Source: an uncultured delta proteobacterium (lineage in GTDB: Bacteria > Desulfobacterota > Binatia > Binatales > Binataceae). From it: a stretch of 64,000 nucleotides of DNA. The translations under genes were made by a program, and so were the position numbers. This document shows, in pieces, positions 47,195-56,455 of the stretch. The stretch is taken from assembly GCA_963808235.1 (NCBI GenBank), contig CAWEEQ010000001.1, positions 316,625 to 380,624 on the forward strand, written 5' to 3'. The notes beneath the pieces are model-generated. The model searched no databases, had not been told where the DNA came from, and worked only from the letters and a program-made list of their open reading frames with translations. How positions within the stretch are numbered: the first letter of the stretch is position 1; each line of letters begins with the position of its first letter.

Positions 47195-48349
47195 ATGGAC
47201 GCCGCGGAACTCGAGACTCAGCTCGATATAAGACGACATCTGCGCGGGCGCACAGATTCGACCGATCGGTTGGTAGCGCTGCGCAAAGGTCCCAGCGAGG
47301 ATCTCGACCGGCGCATCGAATTGCCCGGCGGCGCCGAGCCAGAGTTCGGCTCATCGGGTGGAGGCTCATGGTTCCGTCGCATATCTAAGCGAGTCGTATT
47401 GGCAGTGTTGCTGGTGGTCGCGTTGGGAGCGGTCTCGCCGTTTGTATGGAACTACCTGCAATCCTACGAATCCACGGACGACGCACAGATCGATGGCCAT
47501 ATCGATCCATTGAGCTCGCGGATCAACGGGACTGTCATCCGGGTTCACGCCGAGAATAACGATCGTGTGAAAGCCGGCGAACTGCTGGTCGAGATCGACC
47601 CGCGCGACTTCGAAGTCGCGGTGGCGCAGGCAAAGGCTCGGCTTGAGCTTGCAATCGCCCAGGTCGCGTCGGCGAAACAGGACTACGCTGCAGCGCTCGC
47701 GAACGTTCGGGAAGACGACGCGGCTAATTTCAAGGCGCAGAGGGATGCGCAGCGTTTCACCGTCCTGCTCAGCAAGCAGGTGGTGGCGCAGAACGAATAC
47801 GATCAGTACAACGCGACCGCGCGCGTCGAGGCGGCCAAAGTCGATTCCTCGCGCGAGGCCGCGGGCAGTGCGCTCAAGACGATCGCCGCGCGCCAGGCGG
47901 ACGCCGACGGGGCACAGGCGGCGCTCGATCAGGCTCTGCTGAACCTCAGCTACACGAAGATCTACGCTCCGGCCAACGGCATCGCCGGCAGACGCACCGT
48001 CGAGCTCGGTTCTCGAATCGAACCCGGACAGACGCTGATGTTCGTAACCGAGACCGACGAGATCTGGGTGACCGCGGATTTCAAGGAGACGCAACTCGCG
48101 CGGATGCATCGCGGCGAGAAAGTCACCATCCACGTGGATACCTTCGGCCGCGATTATCGTGGCTACGTGAGGAACCTGCCCGGCGCGAGCGGCGATCGCT
48201 TCAGCCTGCTGCCCGCCGAGAATGCGACCGGCAATTACGTAAAGGTGGTGCAGCGCCTGCCGGTGCGAATCGAGTTCGACGCCGGCCAGGATCCTGAGCA
48301 TCGCTTGCATCCCGGAATGTCGGTGGAGCCCAAAGTATGGCTGCGTTAA
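47195..48349 (+). CDS. EmrA/HlyD-family efflux membrane fusion protein
   Basis: ESTDDAQIDG, ADFKETQL and FSLLPAENATGNYVKVVQRLPVRI motifs. Start uncertain (ATG 47195 or 47120). Confidence 0.92.
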   Translation: MDAAELETQLDIRRHLRGRTDSTDRLVALRKGPSEDLDRRIELPGGAEPEFGSSGGGSWFRRISKRVVLAVLLVVALGAVSPFVWNYLQSYESTDDAQIDGHIDPLSSRINGTVIRVHAENNDRVKAGELLVEIDPRDFEVAVAQAKARLELAIAQVASAKQDYAAALANVREDDAANFKAQRDAQRFTVLLSKQVVAQNEYDQYNATARVEAAKVDSSREAAGSALKTIAARQADADGAQAALDQALLNLSYTKIYAPANGIAGRRTVELGSRIEPGQTLMFVTETDEIWVTADFKETQLARMHRGEKVTIHVDTFGRDYRGYVRNLPGASGDRFSLLPAENATGNYVKVVQRLPVRIEFDAGQDPEHRLHPGMSVEPKVWLR

Positions 48350-49938
48350 GCGCAGTGCAGGCGCCCGCCGCGAGGCGGGCGCACAATGAATGGGCGATCG
48401 CGCTTACGGTTACGATGGCGACGTTCATGGAGCTGCTCGATACGAGTATCTCGAACGTCTCGCTGCCGCACATCGCCGGCGGTCTCGGCACCAGCTACGA
48501 CGAAAGCACCTGGGTGCTGACCAGCTACCTGGTCGCCAACGCGGTGATCCTGCCGATGAGCGCGTGGCTCAGCCGGGTCTTCGGGCGCAAGCGTTACTAC
48601 ATGATGTGCGTCGCGCTATTCACCGTGAGTTCGTTTCTATGCGGCGTCGCTCCGAGCCTGGCGTTGCTGATCGTGTTTCGCGTGATGCAGGGAATCGGCG
48701 GCGGCGGCCTCGCGCCGGTCGAACAGGCAATCCTGGTCGATACTTTCCCCAAGGAAAAACTCGGCGGAGCATTCGCACTCTACAGCATGGCGATCACCGC
48801 GGCGCCGGCGATTGGGCCGCCGCTCGGAGGATGGATCACCGACAGCTTCTCGTGGCGATGGGTATTCTTCATCAACGTCCCGATCGGAATTCTGTCGCTG
48901 ATCCTTTCGAGCCGGCTGGTGCACGACCCGGTCGAATTCACCGAGGAACGCAAGCAGGCGCGGCGCAGTGGCCGTCTTCGAATTGACTATGTCGGAATCG
49001 TACTAATCGCAGTCGGCTTCGCCTGCCTGGAAGTCGTGCTCGATCGCGGTGAGCGCGACGACTGGCTGGAAAGCCATTTCATCGCCACCTTTCTCGCGAT
49101 TGCCGTCGTCGCGATCGCGATCGCGATTTGGTGGGAATGGCGCCACGACGATCCGGTAGTCGAGCTGACTCTGCTCCGCGAGCGCAACTTCGCGATCGCC
49201 AACGTCTACTACTTTCTCTTCGCATTCGGGCTTTTCGGCAGCACGGTGCTGATTCCCGAAATGCTCCAGACGTTGTTCGGATACACGGCCACCGATGCGG
49301 GCCTCGCGCTCGGACCCGGCGCCGCGCTGGTCGTGCTGCTGGCGCCGTTCGTGGTGCGGATCGTCCCACGAATCGGCGCGAAACGCCTGCTCGCCTTCAG
49401 CTTCACCATCGCCGCGCTGTCCTTTTTCTACTACAGCGGGATGACGACTCAGACTGACTATTTACATTTCGCGCTAGCCCGATGCTTTCAGGGTTTCGGC
49501 TATGCCTTCATGTTCGTGCCGGTGACCCAGCTCGCTTACTCGTATCTGCCCAAAAACAAGAACAACAAGGGATCCAGTCTGACTAACCTCTGCCGCAACT
49601 GGGGCGCCAGTTTCGGGATCTCCTTCGTCACCACGATGCTCGAGCGGCGGACGCAGTATCACCAGAGCGTGCTGGTCTGCAATCTCACCTCCGCCGATGC
49701 AAGCGTGCAGCAGTTCGTCAAGACCTCGAGCCATTTCCTGGTGACGCGCGGCTCGAGCACTCCCGACGCAATTCATCAGGCATATGGAATGGTCGGGAGC
49801 ATGATGACCCAGCAGGCGGCGATGCTTGCGTTCATGGATTGTTTTCATCTGCTCGCGATTGTCGTGATTGCGGGCCTGCCGCTGGCGTTCCTTGCCCGGC
49901 GTTTCGAAATAGGCAAGGCGGCCGGTGGTGCGCACTGA
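48337..49938 (+). CDS. DHA2 (EmrB/QacA) MFS efflux permease
   Basis: ELLDTSISNVSLPHI, WVLTSYL and WRWVFFINVPIG motifs. Confidence 0.94.
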   Translation: MAALSAVQAPAARRAHNEWAIALTVTMATFMELLDTSISNVSLPHIAGGLGTSYDESTWVLTSYLVANAVILPMSAWLSRVFGRKRYYMMCVALFTVSSFLCGVAPSLALLIVFRVMQGIGGGGLAPVEQAILVDTFPKEKLGGAFALYSMAITAAPAIGPPLGGWITDSFSWRWVFFINVPIGILSLILSSRLVHDPVEFTEERKQARRSGRLRIDYVGIVLIAVGFACLEVVLDRGERDDWLESHFIATFLAIAVVAIAIAIWWEWRHDDPVVELTLLRERNFAIANVYYFLFAFGLFGSTVLIPEMLQTLFGYTATDAGLALGPGAALVVLLAPFVVRIVPRIGAKRLLAFSFTIAALSFFYYSGMTTQTDYLHFALARCFQGFGYAFMFVPVTQLAYSYLPKNKNNKGSSLTNLCRNWGASFGISFVTTMLERRTQYHQSVLVCNLTSADASVQQFVKTSSHFLVTRGSSTPDAIHQAYGMVGSMMTQQAAMLAFMDCFHLLAIVVIAGLPLAFLARRFEIGKAAGGAH

Positions 49939-49951
49939 ACAGGTGACAAAT

Positions 49952-50059
49952 ATGGACGACCAGATCAGCCAGTTGTTGTTGCTCGCAATTTTCTTCGTCG
50001 CGGCAATAGTCCTCGCGGATTGGGCGACGCAGCCACGCGATCGCAACGACGACGATTGA
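49952..50059 (+). CDS. Putative 35-aa single-pass membrane microprotein
   Basis: AGGTGA RBS, then MDDQISQLLLLAIFFVAAIVLADWATQPRDRNDDD*, starting 13 nt after the permease stop. Below the ORF-track cutoff. Confidence 0.6.
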   Translation: MDDQISQLLLLAIFFVAAIVLADWATQPRDRNDDD

Positions 50060-50083
50060 CTTCAAAAGTTTTCTGGCCCGGGT

Positions 50084-50185
50084 CTTGTATATACAAGCGC
50101 TGACGGCCGATACATGAGCGCCCTTATTTGAGCATAAAGGCGAAAAACCAATTCGCGAACAGCTAAAGCCGTCGCGATTTGCGAG
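50084..50185 (+). repeat. Duplicated leader, copy 2
   Basis: CTTGTATATACAAG, then after 51 nt CAATTCGCGAACAGCTAAAGCCGTCGCGATTTGCGAG. Confidence 0.85.
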
Positions 50186-50195
50186 GTTAGCTAAA

Positions 50196-51050
50196 ATGGA
50201 AACAAGCATCGAGGAACAAGCGGACGCAGGAATCAAAGTCGTTAACGCAAAGCTGAATTACCTCGCAGAGGCGACACCGAAGCCGGTCAACTATGCCTAC
50301 GATCCGCCTGCCGGAGTCCCGCGCGGGTCTGGAAGATACGTCGCGCAAACCGTCGCTATCCGCAACGGCCGCGAGGTAGGCGGTGAACTCTCGCTCGACA
50401 CCAACGGTTTCATGCTCACGCCGCACGAAACTGCGGTCAAGGATTTCTACGATCCCGAAGAGGTCAAGGCCGCGTACTATCCCGAAGTCGAGCGCCTCGT
50501 GAAGCGAGTGACCGGCGCCGAGCGCGTGCTGGTTTTCGATCACATCGTGCGTAATCCGGTGCTCGCGAAACTCGGAGAGAAGGGCGCGCGCCCGCCTGCC
50601 AAGATCGTGCACAACGATTACAGCTTCAAATCCGCACCACGCCGCGTCCGCGACCATCTACCCGATGAAGCAGAGCGGCTGCTGAGGAATCGCTTCGCCG
50701 AGATTAACGTCTGGCGCGCGATTCGCGGCCCGATCGAAAGCTCGCCGCTCGCGCTCTGCGACGCCCGCAGCCTCGGCGCGGAAGATATCGTGCCGACCGA
50801 CCTGGTTTATCGCGACCGTGTCGGCGAAATCCTCGGCTTCCTCTACAACCCGAAGCATCGCTGGTACTACTTCCCGCGCCTGGAACGTGATGAAGCAATC
50901 TTGCTGAAGTGCTACGACTCCAAGGACGATGGCCGCGCGCGCTTTACGGCGCACACCTCGTTCGACGATCCGAATAGCCCGCCCAACGCGGCGCCGCGCG
51001 AGAGCATCGAAGTGCGAGCGCTGGTTTTCTGGGCGCCCGAGGCCGCTTAA
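50196..51050 (+). CDS. CmcJ/NvfI-family oxidoreductase (Fe/2OG-type)
   Basis: LDTNGF, FDHIVR, VHNDY, INVWR, PLALCDARS, HTSF and RESIEVR motifs. Confidence 0.88.
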   Translation: METSIEEQADAGIKVVNAKLNYLAEATPKPVNYAYDPPAGVPRGSGRYVAQTVAIRNGREVGGELSLDTNGFMLTPHETAVKDFYDPEEVKAAYYPEVERLVKRVTGAERVLVFDHIVRNPVLAKLGEKGARPPAKIVHNDYSFKSAPRRVRDHLPDEAERLLRNRFAEINVWRAIRGPIESSPLALCDARSLGAEDIVPTDLVYRDRVGEILGFLYNPKHRWYYFPRLERDEAILLKCYDSKDDGRARFTAHTSFDDPNSPPNAAPRESIEVRALVFWAPEAA

Positions 51051-51079
51051 GCGACCGCCATAACCAAGGAGATATCAAG

Positions 51080-52057
51080 ATGCACGCTGTTCAGCTCACA
51101 GCTTATGGCAACCCTGTCGAAGGTCTGAAGTATGTCGACATTCCCGCGCCCGAGGCTCCCGGCCCGAACCAGGTCCTCATCGGCGTGGAGTTTTCGCCGC
51201 TCAACCAGAGCGACCTCTTGCTCGCACGGGGCATCTACGGATCGCGCCCCGCGCTGCCAACTGTCATCGGCAATGAAGGCGTCGGCCGCGTTCTCGCCGT
51301 GGGAGCAGGAGTAGAGACCGTCAAGGTCTGTGACCGCGTCCTGGCGCCACTGTCCAGCTTCACCTGGAGAGAGCGAATGGTCATTTCGGCGAAAGGTCTT
51401 TTCGCTTTGCCCGCCGGCGCGGACCCGCAGCAGTTGTCGATGCTGGCGATCAATCCCCCGACCGCGGCGCTGCTGCTGAGCGAGTACGTCGAGCTGAAGC
51501 CGGGTGATTGGGTGGTGCAGAACTCCGCCAATTCCGGGGTCGGGCGATGGGTGATCGCGTTCGCGAAAAAGCGTGGCCTGAAGACCGTCAACATCGTGCG
51601 GCGGCCGGAGCTTGTGGCCGAGCTCAAGGCGATCGGCGCAGACGTCATCGTCATCGACTCTCCCAATCTATCGAAAGAGATCAAAGACGCTGTTGGTCGG
51701 GCTGATCTCCGCCTCGCGCTTGACGGTGTCAGCGGCCCGGCGTCGGGCGTGCTCGCGTCGACGCTCTCGCCTCATGGCACGCTCGTCTCGTATGCGGCGA
51801 TGAGCACCGGTCCGATGTCGATCAGCCCGCTGGACGTTATCTTCAAGCCGCTCACGGTGCGAGGCTTCTGGCTGGGCCATCCGGAGTCCGAGGCCAAAAG
51901 TGCGCCGGCAATAGCACAGGCGGCGGAGATGATCGCGTCCGCCAAGGTACACATTCCGGTGACCGCGACCTACCCCCTGTCGTCGATCAAGGAGGCCGTC
52001 GCGCATGCGCAACGCGGCGGAAAGGTTCTTCTGGACGTAAGCGAATCATCCAGATGA
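51080..52057 (+). CDS. MDR-family reductase (trans-2-enoyl reductase-like)
   Basis: SPLNQSD, GNEGVG, INPPTA and QNSANSGVG motifs. Confidence 0.9.
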   Translation: MHAVQLTAYGNPVEGLKYVDIPAPEAPGPNQVLIGVEFSPLNQSDLLLARGIYGSRPALPTVIGNEGVGRVLAVGAGVETVKVCDRVLAPLSSFTWRERMVISAKGLFALPAGADPQQLSMLAINPPTAALLLSEYVELKPGDWVVQNSANSGVGRWVIAFAKKRGLKTVNIVRRPELVAELKAIGADVIVIDSPNLSKEIKDAVGRADLRLALDGVSGPASGVLASTLSPHGTLVSYAAMSTGPMSISPLDVIFKPLTVRGFWLGHPESEAKSAPAIAQAAEMIASAKVHIPVTATYPLSSIKEAVAHAQRGGKVLLDVSESSR

Positions 52058-52102
52058 CCTCGGAATATTATTTTCGACACAACCAACTATGGAGCAATCA
52101 AA

Positions 52103-52852
52103 ATGAGCGGAAAACTCGAAGGCAAGGTGGCGCTGGTTACCGGAGGTAATAGTGGTATCGGCCTGGCCACGGCGAAGCGATTCGTCGCAGAGGGCGCGTA
52201 CGTCTTCATAACCGGTCGCCGTCAGCGCGAACTCGATGCGGCGGTGAAGGAGATCGGAAGGAATGTAACCGGAGTTCAGGGAGACGTGACGAACCTGGGC
52301 GATCTTGATCGCCTGTTCGCGCAAATCCAGCGCGAGAAGGGCAAGCTCGACATTGTGTTCGCGAATTCCAGTTTTGCGGTGTATGCCCCCCTGGGCGCGA
52401 TCACTGAGGAGCACTTCGACACCCACTTCAACGTCAATGTGAAAGGCGTCCTTTTCACGGTGCAGAAGGCCCTTCCGCTGCTGCCGGATGGAGCCTCGAT
52501 CATCCTCAATGCGTCGATCGTCGGCAGCAAAGGCTTTGCTTCGAACAGTGTCTACAGCGCGACGAAAGCCGCCCTGCGTTCGTTCGCGCGGACTTGGACA
52601 ATGGACTTGAAGGATCGCCACATTCGCGTGAACGCTGTCAGCCCCGGTCCCATCGAGACGCCCGGACTCAAAAGTCTGGTGGCCTCATCAGGAGGCGAGG
52701 GACGCTTGAAGGAGCTCTCCAGCGGTGTGCCGCTCGGCAGGCTCGGCACGCCCGATGAGATCGGAAAGGCGGTAGTGTTTCTCGCATCCGACGACAGCAG
52801 CTTTGTCACGGGAGCCGAACTGTTTGTGGATGGCGGCTTAGCGCAAGTCTGA
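52103..52852 (+). CDS. SDR family oxidoreductase
   Basis: [13 protein letters not shown] and RVNAVSPG motifs. Confidence 0.95.
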   Translation: MSGKLEGKVALVTGGNSGIGLATAKRFVAEGAYVFITGRRQRELDAAVKEIGRNVTGVQGDVTNLGDLDRLFAQIQREKGKLDIVFANSSFAVYAPLGAITEEHFDTHFNVNVKGVLFTVQKALPLLPDGASIILNASIVGSKGFASNSVYSATKAALRSFARTWTMDLKDRHIRVNAVSPGPIETPGLKSLVASSGGEGRLKELSSGVPLGRLGTPDEIGKAVVFLASDDSSFVTGAELFVDGGLAQV

Positions 52853-52897
52853 GTCTCAGTTCGGCTTTTATCCAGTCGCCGGCTCAAGCACCGCTTG

Positions 52898-54076
52898 CTA
52901 ATTCCGGTTCGAAATTAGCGCGAGGACGCCCGAGTATTGCAGTAGCGACGTGTTTTCGCCGAGCGCGCCAATTTCGAAGCCGGTGAAAAATCCGGCGACG
53001 GGTACCGGCCCGAGGTAGCGCCTGATGTACGCGGAATCGTGGCCCGGGATGTTGTAGAGACTCGCGCCGCGCGACACGCAATCGAAGTAGAGGCCGAACG
53101 CGGGCGGTGATTCGAGGCGCTCGGTCAATTCTTCCAGCGTCAGTTTCAAATCCTGGCGCGAGCGTTCCGCGTCGCGGAGCACGAAACCGATCGTGTCGCC
53201 AACCGCGGGCTGAAAGGCCACGGCGATGACGCCATGTTCTTCGCTGGCGCCCACGATATTGCGCACCACGAATTGTCCGCGCTCGATCGTCGTAGCGCCT
53301 TCGTATATCGGGACCGCAACGAACACGTAAGCAAGTGCGCGGCGCAAGTCCGCGGCCAGCGGGCCGGCGGCCTCGGCGAAAACTTCGTAGGCCGGGCGTC
53401 CGTCGAGTTCGAGCAATATATTGTCGCGCACCGCCGTAACTCGTCGCGCCGGGCCAATCGGCGTGCATGCGATCGAGCTCGCGAGCGTGAGATCGAAATC
53501 GCCGGATAGCAACATCCCCGACACTGCGTTCGAGCTGACCGTGTCTCCGCAGAAGACGAAGGTCTCGCCAACGGAGCCATCTTCGCTCGCGCCGCCGCCG
53601 GCGATCGCCACCTTGGGCAATTCTTTTGCCAGCGCGCCGAGCGTGGCCTCCGCTTCGAAGTTGTAACTGTCGGCGAGGAGGATGAGCAGATTCGATTTGC
53701 CGAGATGCGGGCGCACTGCCGATGCGATCTCGGTTGCGACTCCGGCCGCGCGTCCGCGCAGGGTCGGCACGAAGAACCGCGTGGCATGCAGTTCGTCGCC
53801 GCCGAAGACCAGCACTGCGAGCGCGTTGCCATGCTCGATCTCTTTCTCGCCCGCGATCACGCCCGTCCCGGAGCATCCTACGACTTCGTGCGTATTGGCT
53901 TCCGAAGCCACCGTGCGCAGGATCATGGGATAGGCGGCGCCGTAGGCCGGAGTCGCAAAGCATAGCGCCCCGGTGGCGCGATGGAGTCCCGCCTGCGCGA
54001 GTGCGGCCGCGGTAGCCTCGCTGGCGGCGTTGCGCGGATTGTGCGCGCTCGAAAAGCCCACTCCGGCGCGAATCAT
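52898..54076 (-). CDS. FIST N/C domain protein
   Basis: VVGCSGTG, GGGAS, LELDGRPA, CVSRG and GFFTGFEI motifs. Confidence 0.9.
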   Translation of the reverse strand: MIRAGVGFSSAHNPRNAASEATAAALAQAGLHRATGALCFATPAYGAAYPMILRTVASEANTHEVVGCSGTGVIAGEKEIEHGNALAVLVFGGDELHATRFFVPTLRGRAAGVATEIASAVRPHLGKSNLLILLADSYNFEAEATLGALAKELPKVAIAGGGASEDGSVGETFVFCGDTVSSNAVSGMLLSGDFDLTLASSIACTPIGPARRVTAVRDNILLELDGRPAYEVFAEAAGPLAADLRRALAYVFVAVPIYEGATTIERGQFVVRNIVGASEEHGVIAVAFQPAVGDTIGFVLRDAERSRQDLKLTLEELTERLESPPAFGLYFDCVSRGASLYNIPGHDSAYIRRYLGPVPVAGFFTGFEIGALGENTSLLQYSGVLALISNRN

Positions 54077-55587
54077 TTTGACACCTGTTGCCGTGCCCCG
54101 AATGTTTTCAACAGCTCGACCATCCGCTGAATCCCGTCAGTGAGTTCCTTGACGCCGATCCGTTCGTTCACTCCGTGGACGCCTTTTGCTTCCGCGGGAT
54201 TCACATCAACCGGAATGAAACCGTAGGAGACGATTTTTTTCTGCCGGAAGTAATGGCTGTCGGTGAAGCCGATGATCATCGAGGGCACCACCTGACCCTT
54301 GTCGCGGGTGGTGGCAAGGGTTTGAATCGCGGTCATCAGGGGTGAGCGCGATGGCGACGAGATTGGCGGGAAGTTCAGGATCACGTCAATCTTGATCGAG
54401 TTGTCACCGATCGCATTTTTGATGTCTTTCATCACCACCTTGGGATCGCTGCCCGGTAGCAGGCGGCAATCGACTTCCGCGTAGGCCGTTTCGGAAATCA
54501 CGTTGGTCTTCTGACTCGCGGAGAGCACCGTCGGCGTGATCGTATCGCGAACGTGCGCGTTCTGGCTGGGATCGGACAGGAACTTCTGCAGATAAGCTGA
54601 ATCCTTCAGCGAGGTCTGAAGATTCAACAGTTGCGACGGCCCATGATCGGCCTCGGCCATCGCATGGTAGTAGTCCTGGACCGGTCCGATCACATGCACT
54701 GGGGTTTTGTACTCACCGAGTTTTCCGAGCGCGCGCACGAGCCGCGTGACGGCCGTTTCCGCCGGCGGATCGGAGGCGTGCCCGGCCGGACCCGACGCCG
54801 TGAGCCGCAGCCACAGCGGGGTCTTCTCGGTGACCGATACCACGTACACCCTTCGCCCATCGGGCTGCACGCGAATCCCGCCGCCCTCGTTGAGCAGAAA
54901 GCCGGCGTCGGAGAAAACGTCACTGGCGTGATCGACGAACCATCCCGCGCCGATCTTGCCGCCTTCTTCCTCGTCGCCGGTTGCGATGAATATCACGTCG
55001 CGATCGAGCAGGATTCCCGCCCGCTTGATCGCGAGCATCGCCATCAGCTCGATCACGCCGGCACCTTTGTCGTCGATCGAGCCGCGCCCCCAGATCTCGC
55101 CGCCTTTTACCGTCCCCGAGAACGGCGCGACTTCCCATTCCTTCGGGTTGGCGGGCACCACGTCCATGTGGCTGAGAAGGATTATGGATTTGGTATGTTT
55201 GCCGATTCCGCGCAGCCGCGCCGCGACAATCCCGCGCCCATGCTCCGGCTCCCAGGTCGTGGCGGGGATTCCGTCGGTAAGAAATTTCTCCTTGAGCATC
55301 CGCGCCGCGCCGATTTCGTTGCCGGGTGGGTTGGTCGTATTGATCTGGATGTACTTCGAGAGCAGGTCGGTTGCTTCCTGCGTAACCTTGTCCCAATTGA
55401 TCGGCTGCGGAGGCGGCGCCTCGGACACTCCTCTCGATTCGGTGTTGGAAGGTCCGACGATCTGCGCGCTCGGAGAGGAGGCCCGTGCGACGGATCCGAT
55501 CGCGAAGGCAATCAAGAAAAACGCAGTGATCGCTGCGGCGATTGCAGCGCCTGGTTTGAAGAATTCAGCCTTTCGGAAATTCATCAA
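54073..55587 (-). CDS. Exported M20/M25/M40 metallohydrolase
   Basis: Signal peptide; SHMDVVP, GRGSIDDK, GDEE, NEGG and HGVNER motifs. Confidence 0.93.
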   Translation of the reverse strand: MMNFRKAEFFKPGAAIAAAITAFFLIAFAIGSVARASSPSAQIVGPSNTESRGVSEAPPPQPINWDKVTQEATDLLSKYIQINTTNPPGNEIGAARMLKEKFLTDGIPATTWEPEHGRGIVAARLRGIGKHTKSIILLSHMDVVPANPKEWEVAPFSGTVKGGEIWGRGSIDDKGAGVIELMAMLAIKRAGILLDRDVIFIATGDEEEGGKIGAGWFVDHASDVFSDAGFLLNEGGGIRVQPDGRRVYVVSVTEKTPLWLRLTASGPAGHASDPPAETAVTRLVRALGKLGEYKTPVHVIGPVQDYYHAMAEADHGPSQLLNLQTSLKDSAYLQKFLSDPSQNAHVRDTITPTVLSASQKTNVISETAYAEVDCRLLPGSDPKVVMKDIKNAIGDNSIKIDVILNFPPISSPSRSPLMTAIQTLATTRDKGQVVPSMIIGFTDSHYFRQKKIVSYGFIPVDVNPAEAKGVHGVNERIGVKELTDGIQRMVELLKTFGARQQVSK

Positions 55588-55745
55588 TTATCCAACCATA
55601 CCAATGATCATGAGTCAGACGGGCGCGAGCGTCCCCGGCGTCGGAAAAGCTATTCCCAAGCGCCGCAACCCGTCAAATGAGAGAGTCTCAAAGTCAGTTC
55701 GCGGGATTCTCGCACGCATGATAAATCGGCTCGATAAATCGACGA

Positions 55746-56447
55746 ATGCTATCAGTGAAGAAAAGAGTATCGAATCGGGCGCCGAACAATCTCGATGCGC
55801 GCCGAGTCGGCCGCGCGCTCTCGATCCTGAGGCGCGAGGCGCCTGGGTGGAATGCACCGATCGTGAGTTTCATCGCGATGCAGAGTCGCGATCCGTTCAA
55901 GACGCTCATCAGTTGCATCCTGAGTCTTCGGACTAAAGATCAGACGACCGCTATCGCCTCGGCGCGATTGTTCGCGCGCGCCGACACGCCGGCGAAGATG
56001 CTTGCGCTCTCGGCCAGAACGCTCGAACGGCTCATCTATCCGGTCGGCTTCTATCGCACCAAGGCGCGGGTGATTCGCGGAATTTGCCGCGACTTGATCA
56101 ACAAATTCCACGGACGCGTGCCCGATGAGATCGATCTGCTGATGACTCTTAAGGGCGTGGGCCGCAAGACCGCCAACCTGGTCGTCACCGAGGCATACGG
56201 GAAGCCGGGAATCTGCGTCGATACTCACGTCCATCGAATTTCCAATCGATGGGGCCTGGTGAAAACCACGACGCCGGACAAGACTGAAATTGCACTGCGC
56301 GAAGTGCTGCCGCGGCGTCACTGGATCGAATACAACGGAATTCTTGTCGCGTTCGGTCAGACGATTTGCCATCCGACCTCGCCGTGGTGCTCGCGATGCA
56401 AAATCGCCGCGTTATGCCCGCAAATCGGCGTCGTGCGCTCGCGGTGA
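55746..56447 (+). CDS. nth: Endonuclease III
   Basis: LSLRTKD, GVGRKTANLV, VDTHVHR and C-x6-C-x2-C-x5-C motifs. Confidence 0.95.
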   Translation: MLSVKKRVSNRAPNNLDARRVGRALSILRREAPGWNAPIVSFIAMQSRDPFKTLISCILSLRTKDQTTAIASARLFARADTPAKMLALSARTLERLIYPVGFYRTKARVIRGICRDLINKFHGRVPDEIDLLMTLKGVGRKTANLVVTEAYGKPGICVDTHVHRISNRWGLVKTTTPDKTEIALREVLPRRHWIEYNGILVAFGQTICHPTSPWCSRCKIAALCPQIGVVRSR

Positions 56448-56455
56448 CACGAGTC

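Noticed and set aside
52884-53963. 359-aa and similar Arg/Ala-rich overlapping ORFs across the window
   Set aside because: These are off-frame or antisense products of high-GC coding sequence with no recognisable motifs.
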